A DNA stretch of 64,000 bases from Lytechinus pictus (GCF_037042905.1 NC_087251.1:41790001-41854000), one strand, 5' to 3'; shown: positions 13,375 through 27,324, counted from the stretch's first letter. Numbers and translations: made by a program. Notes: generated from the sequence alone by a model not told the origin.

Positions 13375-16300
13375 GTAATAACATTTCATATTTTATTTTT
13401 GGAAATGTTTATGAAATGTATAAATGTGCTCTGTCGCATGACCTTGGGTGGAATATGCTATTTACAACATTTTCTTGTGTACCCATGAACATTTTTTATC
13501 TCATATTATATAGATACTCCAAAATAAAATAGAAATTAAAAAATAGAATGTTTGTATTTAAATATTATATTTTTGCGGTGGTCGACTGATAACCATTTCG
13601 GCGAGAATAAGAACATCAAAATGCTGACGACTTTGATGCCTTTGGAGCTAATGTCTTGCATGAGCTTAGAAAGGATTAGACACGAATTATAGTTCTAAGT
13701 TAAAGATCAATGGCGTACAGGAAGGGGGCCTGGCTTGGGGCTTTGCCCCCGAACAAGTTCAACGACAAGAAAAAAAGAAATAGGGAGGAAAAAAGAAGGA
13801 AAAAGAAGAAGGGGTAAACTGTGATACCATTTTCTCAATAGTATCTCAAAATCTATCGCAAAATTAGATTTTAATTTTAAAACGTTTTGTTCGCTTGCTC
13901 AGGAGTTTAAAGAAAATACAGACATCATGTTTTAGCCTTCATTTTTTAGGGGGGGGGGGCTCATTACGTCACTTTTAAAGACTACTCTAATAACGGGATG
14001 ATCTGTTTTTATCTTATTAGAATAAGAGAATGGGAAGGGGGAAAAAGTTTTTGAACAAAATGACTGACACGAAAATTCTATGAGGATCTTTTTTCTTTCG
14101 TTATTTTCCGTCAGGTAAATCAGCTTATATGCGATCTCAAATCTGAGCAGATTGTCCTTTTTCTTTGGAGGTTCGTAAAAGCTGTAAAGATCTTAAGGGA
14201 TCGGTCAAAATGTAACAAGAAGATTAGAGAGATTAGATGAATAAAACGCTTTCACTAATTCTACAAGAGTATTAGATGATAATTGCCTGTTTGAATGAGA
14301 ATAATCTATTTCGGTCATCCGCGTATTCGGGAAGCGTCCCAAAATATCCGAATTGGGAGGGGGGGGGGGTGATCGAATAATTTTGATACCCTCAGACCCC
14401 TTTTTATTATTCTTTAATTGTCTGAAGATTTTTGACGGAAATGACATTTTTTTTTTGCTTGCCCAAAAATGTTTGCCCCTCCTGAAGAAGTTTTCTAGGT
14501 ACACCATTGGGCTTAAATGACAAGAGTATAAGACCAAATGGTTAATAGCTGAATTGTAATATGTAGACGACCGGTGATAAGCCATTTGGAGTGATACGAA
14601 TAGGGAAGACCAGTCGAAAAGTTAATCCTTTTATTTAGTTTTTAATCCCCGAATCACAGAAAATGGAAGGTGATCAGTTCATGATTTTATTATACATTTA
14701 TTGAATGGTGCGCGATCCTATTGAGTTAGGAAATTGGACAGTTTTTAGATTATCTAAAATTCATCAATTTTCACACAAAATGGCAAGGAGTAATTCAATG
14801 ACTTTTATAAAAAATATGAAATATGCCTTTCTCCTCTGTTTTTCAATTGCCTTTCTCCCATCCCTGAAAGCCGAGTTCCATTCCGAATAATTGTTTGGAG
14901 GGGACTGGGGCAATTAGAAAAATCACTATTCTAGAAAATAACAAAGAGGGGGGGGGGGGGGGTGTATGATCTTACCATAAAAGTAAAAAAAAGAAATGTC
15001 GTTCCCATTTATTCTTTCTCTATCAATGTTTCAATTGATTTCAATTCCGACCAAGGGAGTCCGGGGCACTTTTCATAAAAAAAATTCAACACCTTTTCGA
15101 GAAAATCGAGAGGGGTTAGTTAATAAATTTCATGGAAGATAAAGAGCTTTTGTTTCTCTTTATTCTTTTTCAGTTAAAGCGGATTAAAACCCCTACTAAT
15201 TGTATAAAGGGGGCTTGAGTCATTTTAGTGAAAATTCCCCAAAATATATATTTTTAAGACAATATTGTAAGTTTATTTATTTTATTTATTTCAGTTTTAT
15301 TTACGCAGGGTAGCCCTTTCAGTTATAGAACTGATTTACAAAGAGGCCCTGCAACGATAAAAAGAACATATACATATTTTACAATGGACATATGAATAAG
15401 ATTAAATCATACAATAAACATAACATTAGGAAACGTATACATGTTAATTAAAAAACAAATAACATTAGGAAGCGTATACATATAAATTAAAAAAAAAATC
15501 CAAGTGGGGTCTAAAACTAAGGCTTCAGCTGAAAGAATTTACATTTAGTTTTGAATGCTTGAAGGGATGTCGAATTTCTAAGATTAGAGGGAAGCTTATT
15601 CCAGAGGAACGGACCATAATATTGAAAGGACTTTTTCATGATTTCAGTTTTAGGTTTGGGAATAAGGAGAGGGGAGTTTAAGGCGTATCTGGTTTGTATC
15701 AGAGGAGAGCGAAATAATATAAGATTCAAAAGATATTCTGGGGCAAGTTTATTTATAACCTTAAACATATATAAACAGAATTGATAATTGACTCTTTGAG
15801 AAACAGACTGCCATTTCAATTTTTCAAGTAGAATAGTGTGAGGAGTAAGAAAGTCAGCATTTAGAATTAAGCGAGCATATCGATTTTGTAAGCGTTGTAA
15901 TTTTTTTTATTAATTATTGTGGAGATTTGCCCCATATTACCAAACCGTAGTCAATATGTGGGAGAATGAGCCCATTGTAAAGCATAGTGAGGACTTTGTC
16001 AGGCAAGTATTGTTTAATTTGACGTATAAATCCAATGGTCCTTGAGATTTTCTTACAAGTTTTATCAATATGTTCATTAAATTTGAGTAAATCATCAAAG
16101 ATAATTCCAAGGTACTTAAAGTTATTAACCTGCTCAATAACTTGAGAATTATATTTGATCATAATTAGTTTTGAGATAATTTTCCTACGTGTACCAAACA
16201 ACATTACTTTACTCTTACTGGTATTTAACTTTAAATCATTCCCCTCAACCCATAACATTAACTTATCAAATTCGGATTGTAGACGAGCCTGGATTGAAGG

Positions 16301-19300
16301 GATGTCTTTACCTTTACAAAAGAGTGCTGTATCATCAGCATAAAGACATATTTTTGTATCTTCCTCGAAATTTAAATTGCATATATCATTAGTGAAAATT
16401 ACAAAGAGTAGGGGCCCCAAAATTGATCCCTGTGTTATGCCTACCTCAATATCACAAATCGTTGACAATTTACCATTAACACATACACTCTGGGAGCGAC
16501 CCAATAAATAATTTTTAAACCATGTCAATTCAGAATCCTGGATACCATAGTCATATAATTTATCAAGCAAAATGCTATGGTCAACAAGATCGAATGCCCG
16601 TTTAAAATCCAAGAACAGGGCTCCAACAATGTACCCATAGTCAATATTAACATGTAAATAATCATTAACATCTATCAATGCAGTGGTTGTTGAGAATAGA
16701 GGTCGGAACCCAGATTGGGAACTACTGAGTATATTATTTGATACAAGATATGTGTACAGTTGTTTCAGTGGCGTAACAGGCGGGGGGGGCAGGGGGGGCA
16801 AGCTGCCCCCCCTGGCGGAGCTCACCGGGAAAATAAAAAAAAAACGGGAAAAAGGAGAAAAAAAGGGGGAAAGGGAAAGGGAAAGGAAAGAAAAAAAGGG
16901 AAAGGGGAAAGGAAAAGGGAAAAGAAAACTAAGATAAAACATTAAAAAAAAGGAAAACGGAAAGATAACGGGAAAAGGAAGGAAAAAGCAATAAGTGAGA
17001 AAGAACAGTTCGCCCCGATATACAAATACATTAGCATGATTAGTAAGACAGGGAAATAAATTAAAGATGACAAAAAGGCAAACAAAAGCGGGAAATAAAG
17101 GCAAAATGGAATTAGCCAAAATCTAAATTGGAAAATAAAGAACAGGGACAAGATAACGTACACTACCGGGCTGCCGAGGATTGAGATAACGAGCGGGAAG
17201 AAAAATGGATGGTATATAGCATAATGTCATATGAAAGTCTATCCTAAACTTGCTAAATCTCCAAATAAGAGTCAAGACCCCGTGCAGTGGGGGCTCTTCA
17301 TCTGTAACCTTTAATGGGTTCTATAACGGGCCCCTATATGGACCCTTCCTGCATTAAGCTTTACGTTGAAGCACTGGCGTACCGGGGGTGGTTCCACAGC
17401 CAAGGGGAAATAAAAGAAAATAAAGGAGGCAGCGAAATGAGATGAATGAAAAAAAATATATGACATGATATTTGCTAAAATGATGTAAAAATCTATCACA
17501 TAATTAGAATTTCATTTTAACAGGCCTTTTTTTTCTGGCTCGCTTCGCTCGCTGGTGACTTTTTACAAATTTCCCCACATTTGCTATGGTGTGCCCCTCA
17601 CAATATTTGGATGATTACGATACACAACTGCATTGAATTTATGTGTTGTGTTAAATCTATATAAATATACACGCAATTTGATTAAAATAAGTGGCCATCT
17701 GTAAGGTTTAAAATGGCTTTGATATCAAGAGGTTCCGGGGCTCTGCCCTGGACCCCACCCATAAAGCACTGTTATATGGATGAGTTTGGACCATGGCCCC
17801 CAAAAGTTCTACAACAACAAAAAAAAATGAGGAAAGAAAGGAAAGTGTATTATATTTTTCTGAATATCACGTTAAAATCTATCTTCATGTTAGATTCTCA
17901 TGAAAAGGTGATTTTTTATCTCGCTCGCTTCGCTCGCTCGGGACCTATATTAAGCTACTTCTTGCCAGAAGCGCCATACTCAGCCCCCTCGAGCATATAG
18001 AGCTTCGCCCTGATGCTCACAATCATAACAAAAATCCTGCTCACCGTGGCGTACAAAAAACAGAGAAAAAGGGAAAGAGAGGAGGGTGAATAAGATATCA
18101 TCTTTTTAACATTATGTCAAAATCTATCACAAAATTTGATTTTTGCAATAAAAATGTCAAAAAATTTTGCTCGCTCGCTCGCTTATATATATATATATAT
18201 TTGCCCGATACGCCATATCGCCCCCTCAAAATTTTTGCCTTAAGACGCCATTGCCTGTTCCATGATATGACCGGGAAAATTTTGGCTCTTGCCCCCCCTG
18301 GCCACCGACCCCTGTTACGCCGCTGCAGTTGTTTATGTAAAGCCTTTTCCAGTATTTTCATAATATGACTCAATACAGATATAGGCCATATAGGTCATTA
18401 TTTAACAAGAATATGATTTACTTTTATTAAACTTTATTTTAGTAAGTAAAACGACTCAATCCTTGGAAATCCATTACTGACCCGGCTAACTCTGATAAGA
18501 GGGAGGGGGCATTTTCAGAAAAAAATATCATCACCCTTTTTCGTAAAAATGGCAAGATATTAGTTCATGACTGATGTGATTTTTTTCCTCTTTATCTTTT
18601 TTATTGAAGCCTATTTTTAGTTGTGATAAATTGCGACTCATTTCTAGATCATATGAATACTTGTGCCCTAAAACAGTAGTAATGTCTGGTTGTGAATGAT
18701 ATGAAATGATAAAAAAGTGTTTAATTGGAAATTTACAATTCTGCATCAAAAATTCATTTCATATGTTGCCCTATCTAAGTATAGTACATTGTATCTGGGT
18801 ACTTTGCACCCGTTTAATACAAAACCTCTTTTAAGCATAAAATGGGCTGGAAATTTTAGGATATTATTATTGTATATAGCTTTCCGATATCTAATCACAA
18901 CATTTAGAAGTATAAGTCTTTAAAAAAAATCAAGAGAGGGCGCTCGATACATAATTAATTAATCTCGAGTTCCTACAATTTGGAACCACACAGAAATACA
19001 ATAGACGAGTAAAAATTTGTTGATTGGGACTCTAAATTAATCGAAAATTTTCAAAGAGAATCAGCCGTTTAAAAAAAAAGGTTCAAATTGTCAATAGACA
19101 TTTGTAATGCTAGGTGATATTCGAGAATAATTCACACTATTTACAGTTTATCGAAACTTCATAGTCTTTAATGCTTCATCATCCTAGAAAGGACATCCGA
19201 CATCCTGTGTAGTAGGGCCTAGGGACACTTTTCATCAAAAAAAAAAAAAACAATTTTCGCGAAGAGGGCAAGGGACTGGTTAGCTAATGATTTTAAAAAT

Positions 19301-20552
19301 CTCTATTGCTCACTAATCCCAAACAGCCAACTCCAAGATCAGCTAATTGGGTAGTGGGTCTGGGGCATAGAGATGTATACATCTCTATGGTCTGGGGGTA
19401 CTTTTAAGACAAAATACAAAAATATACAATATGTCGCGAAGAATATTTCATAATTTACAGACAAACAACTTTGGTTTGTCTCTTCATTTCAGTCTATTTT
19501 GCTTCCTCATCACAACAAGGTAATTTCATGATCGGCTAACTTGGTTGTGGGGGCTTGGGGCACTTTTTCTGATAAAATATAAAATCATCATTTTTTTTCT
19601 CGAAAAATATAGCAAGCGGTTAGTTCATGATCTTTCCCATGTAGCCATGAAGTAAGTTTGATTTTTATTGTTTCTTGAAGTCATGACTGGAAAAAGTGTG
19701 GAGAAACAAGTGAGAGTAAAAATGAAATGTAAACACCCTATAAAGAACAATGCCAGATATATCTCACATGAACCTTTGTTTACATTGATTTCCTTCATTA
19801 TTTTGATGTCCTCAAATCCACCTGGCACAAACAGTCAAATAATAACAATATTTATTTTGGGTCCAATGTTTATTTTTGTAGAAAAGTTGCTCCAAAAAAT
19901 GCAATTTAACAGTTTCATTATCGTGAACTAAAAAAAATAACAAAAATGTACTGCACGTCTTAACCTAACATTCAATCGCTGCTGCGGGATCACTCAACAG
20001 CCGGCTTTGGGGATCTTTTTTTTCTTTAATGGCTCATGTAATATCTGAATGTATGTTATATTATTCTCTGTCATTTCAGTACGCTCCAACCTTCCAACAG
20101 TAGGCGATATGAAAGAATTTATCGTAACATATGAATGAAGTGGTGTTTTTTTTAACAATGAAAACAAGTGTTTTAGATGTTTTGATAGGTATAGCGCATT
20201 GCTATATCAAAAGTAAATAAAAAATGAAAATCTATTATATGCCCATGTTCGAAATCGATCAAAACACTGGTTTTCCTTCAATGATGTCATAGAAATAGTT
20301 TTGATATTCTGTTGCACGAAAAGAATCATTCATAATTTCATATTCTTTTGTTTATCTGTCCAGGTATTACGAGGTGCGACTTGTTACATCGAACTCCTAA
20401 CCGTCATTCTCTCCGCTGACGACATCCAACTCTATCGAGATCATTTTGACAGCAATGAGAGTCGAACATCGACATCAATGAACTCGATGGACCAGTGGGA
20501 CAGAAATCTATTCTTTAATCGTTCTACTTTCAGCCACTTTTTAGAAACGTAA
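13228..20552 (+). CDS. Small bHLH transcription factor, 2 coding exons (13228-13374, 20364-20552), 111 aa
   Basis: Spliced product MSTFQLRQRRVRQNATARERRRLAEVNRAYSNLSNHVPQHLLGNATKLE|VLRGATCYIELLTVILSADD...FLET*. It has an ExxR basic region, helix 1 ending in VP, and helix 2 K-x-E-V-L-R-x-A-x-x-Y-I. Donor GAG|GTAATA at 13375 and acceptor TTTATCTGTCCAG at 20363 join in phase 0. An in-frame TAA lies upstream at 13189. Confidence 0.85.
15270..18390 (-). mobile_element. 5'-truncated non-LTR retrotransposon (L2/CR1/Crack-group LINE ORF2, RT region), interrupted by a MITE and frameshifted
   Basis: PISVLSHIMKILEKALHKQL (about 18388-18326) joins YTYLVSNNILSSSQSGFRP...FLDFKRAFDLVDH...QGSILGPLLF...YADDT...KYLG (16765-15914). 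After a stop/frameshift at an A-run it continues KLQRLQNRYAR...WNKLP to 15517. A 3' tail of TAAA-type repeats lies near 15270-15300. Confidence 0.92.
16766..18325. mobile_element. Non-autonomous TIR element inserted in the LINE RT
   Basis: TIR CAGTGGCGTAACAGG / CCTGTTACGCCGCTG; 9-bp TSD CAGTTGTTT at 16757-16765 and 18326-18334. Confidence 0.88.
20364..20552 (+). CDS. bHLH gene coding exon 2 (helix 2 and C-terminal tail)
   Basis: Pyrimidine tract plus CAG acceptor; VLRGATCYIELLTVIL completes the HLH; TAA at 20550-20552. Confidence 0.8.
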   Translation, partial: VLRGATCYIELLTVILSADDIQLYRDHFDSNESRTSTSMNSMDQWDRNLFFNRSTFSHFLET

Positions 20553-22091
20553 GACCTTTCTCTTCTTTTCTTTATGATTAAAGATGCATAAAAGCGAAAA
20601 ATTAAGAATCCAAAAAAATATATAGTAGATCTAACCCCAATTACTCCACATCTACATCAAACTGTTATTTGTAATAATCGAATCCAAGTGACAATATAAT
20701 TTCGCAAATAAAGTGCATGAAAAAGGGATTTATCCCCGTATTTCATATAAAAAAAGAAGAAATCAACTTTCATCTTGAAAGCGTTGTAGGTTGAGCTGCT
20801 TAATGATATTTCCAATGTTAAAGAATTTATATTTGTCTCAATATAAGACACGCAATCACGAGCAAATGAAGCCTTAGAGCAGAAGCTTAGATGAATTCAA
20901 TAATTGAAGCCACAGATTATTCTAAGATAATATAAATCTACAGACATTTATATCAACGAATAGATCCACTGGGTGATAATCCAGCTAGTTGAAACCAAAA
21001 CTAGAAAGTTGATGTGTCCAGAGGACATAGATGTCCCCGCTTTGCTTAACGCGATCAGAAATTCATTAAATATGATTGAACTTAATATCGTGCAGAAACC
21101 TACATACACCACTAATTTTGTTTATCTGTTAGTTATTCCCTAAGTTACTATTCAGAAATCAACTTGCATATATAATGAGCTGTGACCTTTGACCTGCGGA
21201 ATTCGGAACTTAGCCTGGATTTTGGTGTCATCTACCTACACACCAAAGATTTTTTTTAATCTGTAGAATATTTCATAAGTTATCATGCGGAAACCAACCC
21301 GCATATTTAATGAACTGTGACCTTTGACATGCATACTCCGAATTCAAACTCCAAGTTTCATGAACTAGATTCATATACTTTCTAAGTTATGATGTCATTT
21401 CAAAAACTTAACCCAAGGTTAAGATTTCAATGTTGACGACGCCGGCGTCGGAAAGCGGCGCCTAATAGTCTCGCTTTGCTATGCAGGCGAGACAAAAGCT
21501 AAGTAACTATAAATAAAGATATATATATCTCTGTGAATGAATGAATAAATTTAATAAATAAAAAATTAAACTGTAATAAACAAATTAAATTTTGAAAATG
21601 AAATGAAAAATACAAATAAAGAGATAAAACAAATAGAATATCCGCCACTCAGTTTAATACCAAATAAGACATCCAAGAGTGGAAAAAGGGGAATATTGGT
21701 CGGAATTAGAATAAAGTAAAAAAATAATTATTTTTTAGAAATTATACTGAATAAACGGTTCACTGACCGACGTATAGATTTTGTTCATTTAGAGGGACCT
21801 CGCATATACATGGTGTAACAAATCTTCTTTGTTGATAGAATCATCTAAGGTTTGCTCATTCAAAGACTTTATCAAATACGAAACCTGTCAAGTTCGTAGG
21901 GCTCAAAACAGCAGGTATTTTCGGTCATGAATAATGTGCTAATCTTCAGATTATTCTCTTATGTTTTCTCCACTACCTTTCTCTCCCCTTTTGGCGATAA
22001 AATTATTGCGGCTTTCTTCGGAAGAAAGGAAGCGCAGTTATGGCATCCTAATCTAATTCACCTTGCGTAAGTTGGCAGTGGGAAGCCTTAA

Positions 22092-25000
22092 CCCTTTGCG
22101 TGCGGACCCGCGAATCCCGATACCTCTCCCTGCGGCGGAGCCGTTTTGGTACATTGCTGGTATTTGGATCTGTGGCGGTGTTTTCCCAATCAATTGCTAA
22201 TTTCGCCAAACTGATGTATTTTCAGGATTTTTAGTAAATGTAAAGATGAAAGATCAGACATTTTTCTTTCTAGAAATACAGGTTTCGCTTCTCAAATCAA
22301 CAGAATAGTTAAGAAATTTATGAGGAAAAAGTCGTGTTATTTTGTAAAATCTTCGCTTTTTCCCCAAGTCAATAGGCACTGTGTACAAAAATGCGTAAGG
22401 GCAATCAGCACGCGCGGACAGGTCGGGTTCGATCGATACCGCTTTGTTGTCTGCTCTAGTGCTTTTTTTCATTGCCTATTGTCCCGCTACTCATGAATTG
22501 TCTCTTTACCTCCTTGTAGAGAGACCATTTGCAAAGTGTATAATTACAACGATAATCCGTTTTGGGTGAAATCACAGCATACCAAATACCTTTATTTTCC
22601 AGAATGAACAAAAAAGCGCGAATTTTTCCTTGCAAGTGCGATGATGATGATTTAACACCGCGCAACGAAAGTCCGAAACTATTTTGTGATTTTTGGGGGA
22701 CTTCAAGACGGTGGCCTCAACGTTTCACTAAATATCGTCTTTGGTATCTTTTCATAGATTATGGTTTGTATTTAAAAAAAAATGTTCCTGAAGATTACAT
22801 ACCAATATTCGAAATGTTTTCCGTTGCAATTTCAAAGAGTGAAGGTGTAAATAAGTTTCAAATTATATAGTGGATCTGAAATCATACCTCCCAACGCTCT
22901 CCTCGTCTCGTTCTACATTTCATTTTTCTTTATCTTCTTTTTCCCTCCAAAATAACCATGCTACCGACTACTGTTCGTCACAATGAGAGAAAGTAAATTA
23001 TTTTCATCTAATGAAATTGTAACATCTAAATTAAAAGTGTTTTATTATGTTCCTCCATTTTATTTTTTTTAACCGTTCTGGGGTTTTTCACAATCGAAAA
23101 CAAAATTAATAAATAAATCATAAAAGATTTGTATCACTTTTTGTCTCTTTCTTTTTAATCGTTCAATTAAAACATTACAGGGGTGTTGGAGTTGGTAGGA
23201 GGCGGGAGTCCACCCCCCCCCCCCCTTCAGGAAACGTATACAAAAAGGGAAAGTATTTCTTTTTTTATAAAGTGCTGTCATGTTCAAGAAGAAAACGTTC
23301 TTGCCATTTCTTAAGCGCCTGCATGATTTGTCAATAAACAAGTAGACATTTACATTGTTTAAATGTTACTGTCGTAATATGAAAAGCAGTATTCCTAAGA
23401 GCTTTTTGTACTGCTAAATACGAAAAGCAGTAGGTCATCCTGACGAAATCACTAATCTTCATTTTATTCAGGGCGATGGCTATTTGTTCCCTGCTCTTTT
23501 TATAAGGGATTTGTTTTAGCGTCCACATGACTTTCTTTTGTTTGGGGAGTGCCGAGATCAAGAACTACAAGGACGTTTTCATTTTCGAAAGAGAAGAGGA
23601 TAAACGGTGTTCTAAATTGCTTTATTCTCTGTTTATTTCCTTTGAAATATAAAGAAGACAAAAATAATAGCAATAAGATGAGAGAATGAAAGAACGCAGG
23701 GGGGGTTCAAAGTGCACCAGGGGCACTGGAAAGTTACTGAAATCATTCTATGTGACTGGCGGATGTTGTTTTTTTTTTGTTTTTTTTAGGGGGGGGGGTT
23801 ATTGCGCATTTGTCAATATAAAGTGTAGTAGTCTACATGTATTTAAAAACGGTACCAAGGGATTTTTTCGTTTTCCCTTTCCCTGGTTTCTAACCTGTAA
23901 CTGAATGTATTATCTACCGCTTTCATTCCCTTTCCTAAATCTAATGTATTTCTATATCCCCTCCCCTCTACACCTTTTTTTCCCCTCTTAGTTCTTCTCA
24001 TTTAAATGATATATGTATCGTCTTCCTTCTCCCCGATTTGGATTACGAGGTATACCCGCCCCATCCCCCTCTATCAATTCTCTCTGATTTATTTATTCTC
24101 AGTACCTGTCATTTTACATTACTTCTACCTCTCTCTCTCCCTTTCTCTCTCTTCATCGGAAATCGTTTCGAGAGTATGCCTCGATTTTGCCAACTTGTAT
24201 TGATCAGAGATTGTTGCATTTGTGAGCCTCTCATCCTATTGCATCGTTGCCATCATGTCGAAAATTTAGGGGGGTTTTCTCCCAGATTCTCAAAAAAAGT
24301 CCCGAAAAACCTTTTAAAACTACTACAATATTGTAACTGTCATTTCACAATAAATTCTATATCATCTTCCATTTCCAATAACGTGGGTAGATATCTATCG
24401 CAAAAGAAAATGCACGGCACGACTAATCTATTTTTTGTGAACTTGGGGCTTGAGGATATGGCAAGACAGAGGCCTCCATCTTTCACTAAAAATCATTTTT
24501 TTAAAGATTTTTTCGTAAATTATATGTCTCATTTAATTCGATTTGCCACGCAGCTATTGTAATAGTAAAATAATTTTCTTCCTGAAGTTTGCGCACCAGT
24601 ATTCGATTGGTAATATCTTGAAATTATTTCAAAGTTACACGAGTACGAGTGACTAAAATTGTAAATCTGAAATCATGTCTCCCGACTCTCTCCTTGTCAC
24701 TTCCTATGTTTCTTTCTTTATTTTACTTTTCCCTCCAAAAGAGCCATGCTAGCAACTACTAAAAGTAAGAGAAATTATTTTTTCTTAAATGAATTATAAC
24801 ATCTGCAATTAAAAGTGTTTTTTATTTGTTCTTTCGTTTTGTTCTATTTTTTATTTGTCTCCTTGATTTCACAACCAAAAACACATGAAGTAATAATGTT
24901 AATAAATAAATCATTAAAACAAATCATAATAGTAATAGTATGCAGCGCTTAGAAACATTTATATTAAGCGCTATATAAATGTTGCATATTATTATTATTA

Positions 25001-26755
25001 TTATTATATAATTCACTTTTGCCTCTATCGTTTTAATCGTTCAATCTAATAGTACAGAAGCGGCGGAGTTGGTAGGAAGTTTCAGTCCTCTCCCCTTCAG
25101 CAAACATGTACAAAAAAATCCGAAGTCTATATAAATTTGTAATTTTTCTTTTGGCCGGTCCACTCCCTCCAACTATCGGCTCAACCCCTCCATTATCAAA
25201 AACTCTCAGCGGCCCCCGTTTTTTATGTAAGAAATAAGATATTTTGGTTTTGATGCTAACCAGGGTAAGCGACCCAAATGTTTGTTTGCAGTAACGGGAA
25301 CAAAAACGGGTGGGTTGGATTTTTTTCTAAATGAATCTTTTCTACCACGCTTTTCGCCGGTTAAAAAAAATAAGAAATTGACGAAAAAAAGCAGAAAATC
25401 GGAGAGAGGAGACAAACAAGCAATATTAGAGTGCAGGTCAGAACATTTCTATCTGGAGGGGGAAGGGGTATGTCAAACAAGAATAATAAAAAAAAGTCAT
25501 CAGTTTGACAAGGGTCTGAGGACCGAGTTGCGACAAACAAACGTTGTGGGATTTTTTTTAGTAATCTATAAGCAAATATAAAGTCATGTTGTTATTCGTT
25601 TAAGTGGATATTCATGGATTTTAGCAAAGCGCACTTGTCTATTAACCCTTTTATTCTCTGTCTCTCATTCTCTCTCGTTCTCCGTGACATCTGAACATTT
25701 TTTTTCCTACAATTTCCCTAAATGGTTCTTATTTCATCCTTATATGCATCATCACCAAGGGAAAGCGCTTTGAATCACTGACGGATGTCATAAGCACCTA
25801 CTAGTTGTTGGTAAATGAGACAAAGTTTGTTGTTTTTAGTTCCGGTATGTTGGTCGAAATAAATAAAAGTATTCATAAAAGCTTTTTGTATTGCTAAGTA
25901 CGAAAAGCATTCAATAAGTCATCCTCTCGATAAACACTAATCTTCCTTTTGTTCGGGGCGTTGACCATCTGTATCCTGCTCTTTTCGGAAGGATTTTGTT
26001 TGAGTGGCCGCCCTGACCTTCTTTTGTTCGGGTAGTGGGAATATCGTGAAAAACATGGGCGTTTCCCTTTTGAAAAGAGCATAAGATGAATGGTGCGCTA
26101 AACTGCTTTCTTTTCTCTTTTTTTTTACAGAATAGTAGACAAAAATAATGAGAAGAAGAGAGATGATCGTATTATGGGGAGTGAAAAAGTTCAAAAGTGT
26201 ACCGAGATCAGCTCAAAGTACTAAGACATTACTCTCGTACAAGCTTTTTTGTTTTTCTGAAAATACAATCGATCGATGAAACCGAGGAGATATCATTCTA
26301 GAGTGAAATCTCCTTGCTGAAACAAATAATAAGACGAAAATGGTGAATAAACGCGTAGCTTATTACGTGACGATCTTGCAGAAAAGATGTTGGTGTACGA
26401 TATGGATCAAATCACGTGATCCAAACATCTCACGTGATCAGGCCTTTTGCGCGCGCGTACGTGCTCGTCACCAAATTTATTCGTCCCTGTCTGAATCCAA
26501 CGAAAAAATCGGGTAAAGTTGAAATGATTTCCTATTTTCGGGATTTTTCCCCACGTAGCTGTATATTTTTTTCATTCTGTTATCGAAATAGGTTTATAAA
26601 GGAAATAATGGCAGAGGTTTTAGTACATAACAATTACGAAAAAGCTGAAAAACTTCATCGAATTAGACCAAAAAAATCTCGGCTTCTGTAGAAGCCCGTC
26701 GTAGCTAAGTGAACGACTCGCTGGGCTTCTGTGGAAGCCCGTCGCACGCAAAGGG
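22092..26755. mobile_element. Non-autonomous piggyBac-like DNA transposon (4.66 kb)
   Basis: TTAA|CCCTTTGCGTGCG ... CGCACGCAAAGGG|TTAA: perfect 13-bp TIR, CCC termini, TTAA TSD. No transposase ORF inside. Confidence 0.85.
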
Positions 26756-27324
26756 TTAATATTTACCATCATAATATTAAGTAACCATACAAGCAAAACA
26801 ACATGGTGGACTCTTTGTTTGAATACTTTGGCCCTGATACATAATATTATGGAACGATGATTACAGGTACTACAGTAATAATCAGGTTTCGAACACCAGA
26901 ATTTAGTTTGGTGAGTTTAACACGCCCATATGTGTGGATTAAACATCTGAAGGTCGAAAACAAAATTGACGGACAGATGCCAGCTCTTTATAGAGGAAAA
27001 TCAGCTTTGTGGTACATGACAATTGAATGATAAACATTTTTGCAAGGGGACTATCTACGAATTTTCTTTCAAAAATAATGTTATCCCATATCATATCTTG
27101 TCATAGACTTCGTATCTGTCTTCTGCTGTAAACTTTGTAAAGTACCATTTATTTCAAGCGATCATTTTCAAAATATTCGAAGGGGTCCGTCTATACAATT
27201 TGTTTTAAGAAGAATGGTATAATCATATATTTCTATAATATAGTTCGTATGTTATTTCTTATGTAAACTTGTCAAGACATACTTATTTCAAGCGATATTG
27301 TGCTAGCCCCCTGTTTTCATTCCA

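Noticed and set aside
16766..17119. Hydrophobic N-terminus fused to RT in the 401-aa ORF
   Set aside because: It is read-through from the inserted MITE. The true RT continues at 18326-18388.
24038..24562. 174-aa ORF as a possible piggyBac transposase remnant
   Set aside because: No recognisable DDD or Cys-rich transposase motifs, and partly low complexity.
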